The translations under genes and the position numbers were made by a program. From the IMG/VR virus record IMGVR_UViG_2909303794_000003: DNA of 10,545 nt; one strand, 5' to 3'. The stretch is from a virus. Its lineage: Duplodnaviria; Heunggongvirae; Uroviricota; Caudoviricetes. Below, piece after piece: positions 9,603 to 10,545 of the stretch. The number at the start of each line of letters is the position of its first letter. Position 1 is the first letter of the stretch. Below the pieces are notes generated by a model. It was not told the origin of the DNA, searched no databases, and saw nothing but the letters and a program-made list of their open reading frames with translations.

Positions 9603-10283
9603 TTTTGTCTCTCTAAACAATACTCGCCATGAAGTAAGCCATGTTGAAGGGAGGATTTGGGTAAGTGCGAAGGCTGGTATGAAACTCAAATTATGAAATT
9701 CCCAATTCTTCTTGCGTGCCATACCACTTACATCTTGACATATGTTAATCATTTTATCGCTAATGATAATAAAGTTGTAGTAATGTGTTATACATTGTTC
9801 AAGTTCTTTAGACTTGTCTGGATGTACTTCAATGTTCCAAACTCGTAATATATCTAATTGCGATTTCAATTTAATCAGATGATCTTTATAATCAGCATGC
9901 AAGTCATTTACCTTAGAGTTTTTGCTTTGGTACTCTTTATCGGTGATGTTAAGATCTTTATTTCCTAACATTTCATACATATCATTGATATAAGTATGTA
10001 ATATTTCCGCCTTTACTTTCGCTTCAATAAAGTAACTGATATAAACGTTTGCTTGTTCAAAACCTTTTTCATTAAGTTTTGAATCTAACCATCTATAAAC
10101 TTTAAAAACTGTGATGAGTGCTATTACTGCCATTATAGTATCCATGATTGCTGATGTAGTAGAGCTATCATATCCATGAAGTAATAGTAAATCGGTGTAA
10201 ATTGGTATTAATGCACCAATAGCAAGACATGCAATATGTGAAAATCTTATTTCATTTCTGATTTTTTTTAAAATCACTTTCAA
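9585..10283 (-). CDS. two-TM membrane protein with a ~160-aa helical cytoplasmic domain (232 aa if the TTG start is used); unknown function, candidate exclusion or abortive-infection effector
   Basis: Track ORF with a TTG start at 10283 (GTG at 10277 is an alternative); AGGGA lies 4 nt upstream of the TTG; the first ATG is at codon 46. Two N-terminal hydrophobic helices (HIACLAIGALIPIYTDLLLL and IMDTIMAVIALITVFKVY). The region is markedly AT-rich (roughly 30% GC by eye) and has no AGTACT sites, unlike the phage backbone. Confidence 0.5.
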   Translation of the reverse strand: MKVILKKIRNEIRFSHIACLAIGALIPIYTDLLLLHGYDSSTTSAIMDTIMAVIALITVFKVYRWLDSKLNEKGFEQANVYISYFIEAKVKAEILHTYINDMYEMLGNKDLNITDKEYQSKNSKVNDLHADYKDHLIKLKSQLDILRVWNIEVHPDKSKELEQCITHYYNFIIISDKMINICQDVSGMARKKNWEFHNLSFIPAFALTQILPSTWLTSWRVLFRETKSTPTD

Positions 10284-10305
10284 AGCATCCCTATGAAATT
10301 ATTGG

Positions 10306-10330
10306 AAAGCCTGTATATAGCACAGGCTTT
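10306..10330. promoter_or_regulatory. 9-bp perfect inverted repeat AAAGCCTGT (7-nt loop) ACAGGCTTT in the gap between the two minus-strand genes
   Basis: Read directly. It lies between the stop of the 69-aa ORF (10336) and the start of the membrane-protein ORF (10283). On the minus-strand transcript it is not followed by a U-run, so an operator or RNA regulatory hairpin is more likely than a terminator. Confidence 0.35.
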
Positions 10331-10335
10331 TATTG

Positions 10336-10545
10336 TTACCAATCCCAATCAATAGTAGTATCCAAATCACGCAAGTTAGTATGTTCTGTGCGAGTCGCTA
10401 CGAGAACAACATCACCAGTTTCTTTCGAAACAATATCAAAAACTTCAATTTCCGTTTGGCCCATTGTACCTTTCGTTCTAAAACTCTTTCTGACGTAAGT
10501 GTATTTTTCTTTTGGATAATTACTTTCAAATAATGCTTCATTCAT
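10336..10545 (-). CDS. hypothetical small protein (at least 69 aa), upstream partner of the two-TM protein
   Basis: Track ORF. Its ATG is the last three bases of the window, so the real N-terminus and RBS cannot be confirmed and the gene may extend beyond the window. Product (…GQTEIEVFDIVSKETGDVVLVATRTEHTNLRDL…) looks like a real mixed-charge protein, unlike the low-complexity plus-strand ORF that overlaps it. Confidence 0.4.
   Translation of the reverse strand: MNEALFESNYPKEKYTYVRKSFRTKGTMGQTEIEVFDIVSKETGDVVLVATRTEHTNLRDLDTTIDWDW

Noticed and set aside
8310-9848. Track ORFs 8310..8495 (-), 8986..9183 (-) and 9657..9848 (+)
   Set aside because: Each lies antisense to, and within, a better-supported gene (the coupled plus-strand operon or the minus-strand membrane protein), with low-complexity products.
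10306-10340. Reading the 10306-10330 hairpin as a plus-strand intrinsic terminator
   Set aside because: No plus-strand gene ends there. It lies between two minus-strand genes, and on the minus strand no U-tract follows the stem.
10333-10533. Plus-strand ORF 10333..10533 overlapping the 69-aa minus-strand ORF
   Set aside because: Its product is Phe/Asn-rich low complexity and has no RBS. The minus-strand ORF is co-oriented with the adjacent membrane-protein gene and looks protein-like.

Overview
Phage-derived accessory region (prophage or phage-like element) of an enterobacterial genome, about 40% GC, interrupted by an intact 1331-bp IS2. All calls come from reading the sequence and the ORF track; no database search was run, so every protein assignment is motif-level recall. 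Left to right: a left flank of three small genes (unknown 125-aa protein, 59-aa hydrophobic protein, 50-aa ribbon-helix-helix-like protein) ending in a 17-bp palindrome; IS2 (insC/insD) with no matching 5-bp target duplication; a phage tail-tip module (two small ORFs, a 1067-aa lambda gpI/gpJ-like host-specificity protein, two downstream ORFs built from three copies of one ~100-aa domain); a membrane-anchored coiled-coil protein convergent with a T4-type endolysin across a shared terminator; a divergent, tightly coupled four-gene operon of unknown function; and an AT-rich minus-strand two-gene cassette at the right edge. The most striking signal is compositional: the palindromic hexamer AGTACT occurs about 31 times (hand count) in the phage backbone on both sides of IS2, roughly tenfold over expectation, and is absent from IS2 and from the terminal AT-rich cassette. 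Best candidates for an undescribed system are the terminal AT-rich cassette and the four-gene operon next to the endolysin. No rRNA, tRNA or CRISPR array was seen.
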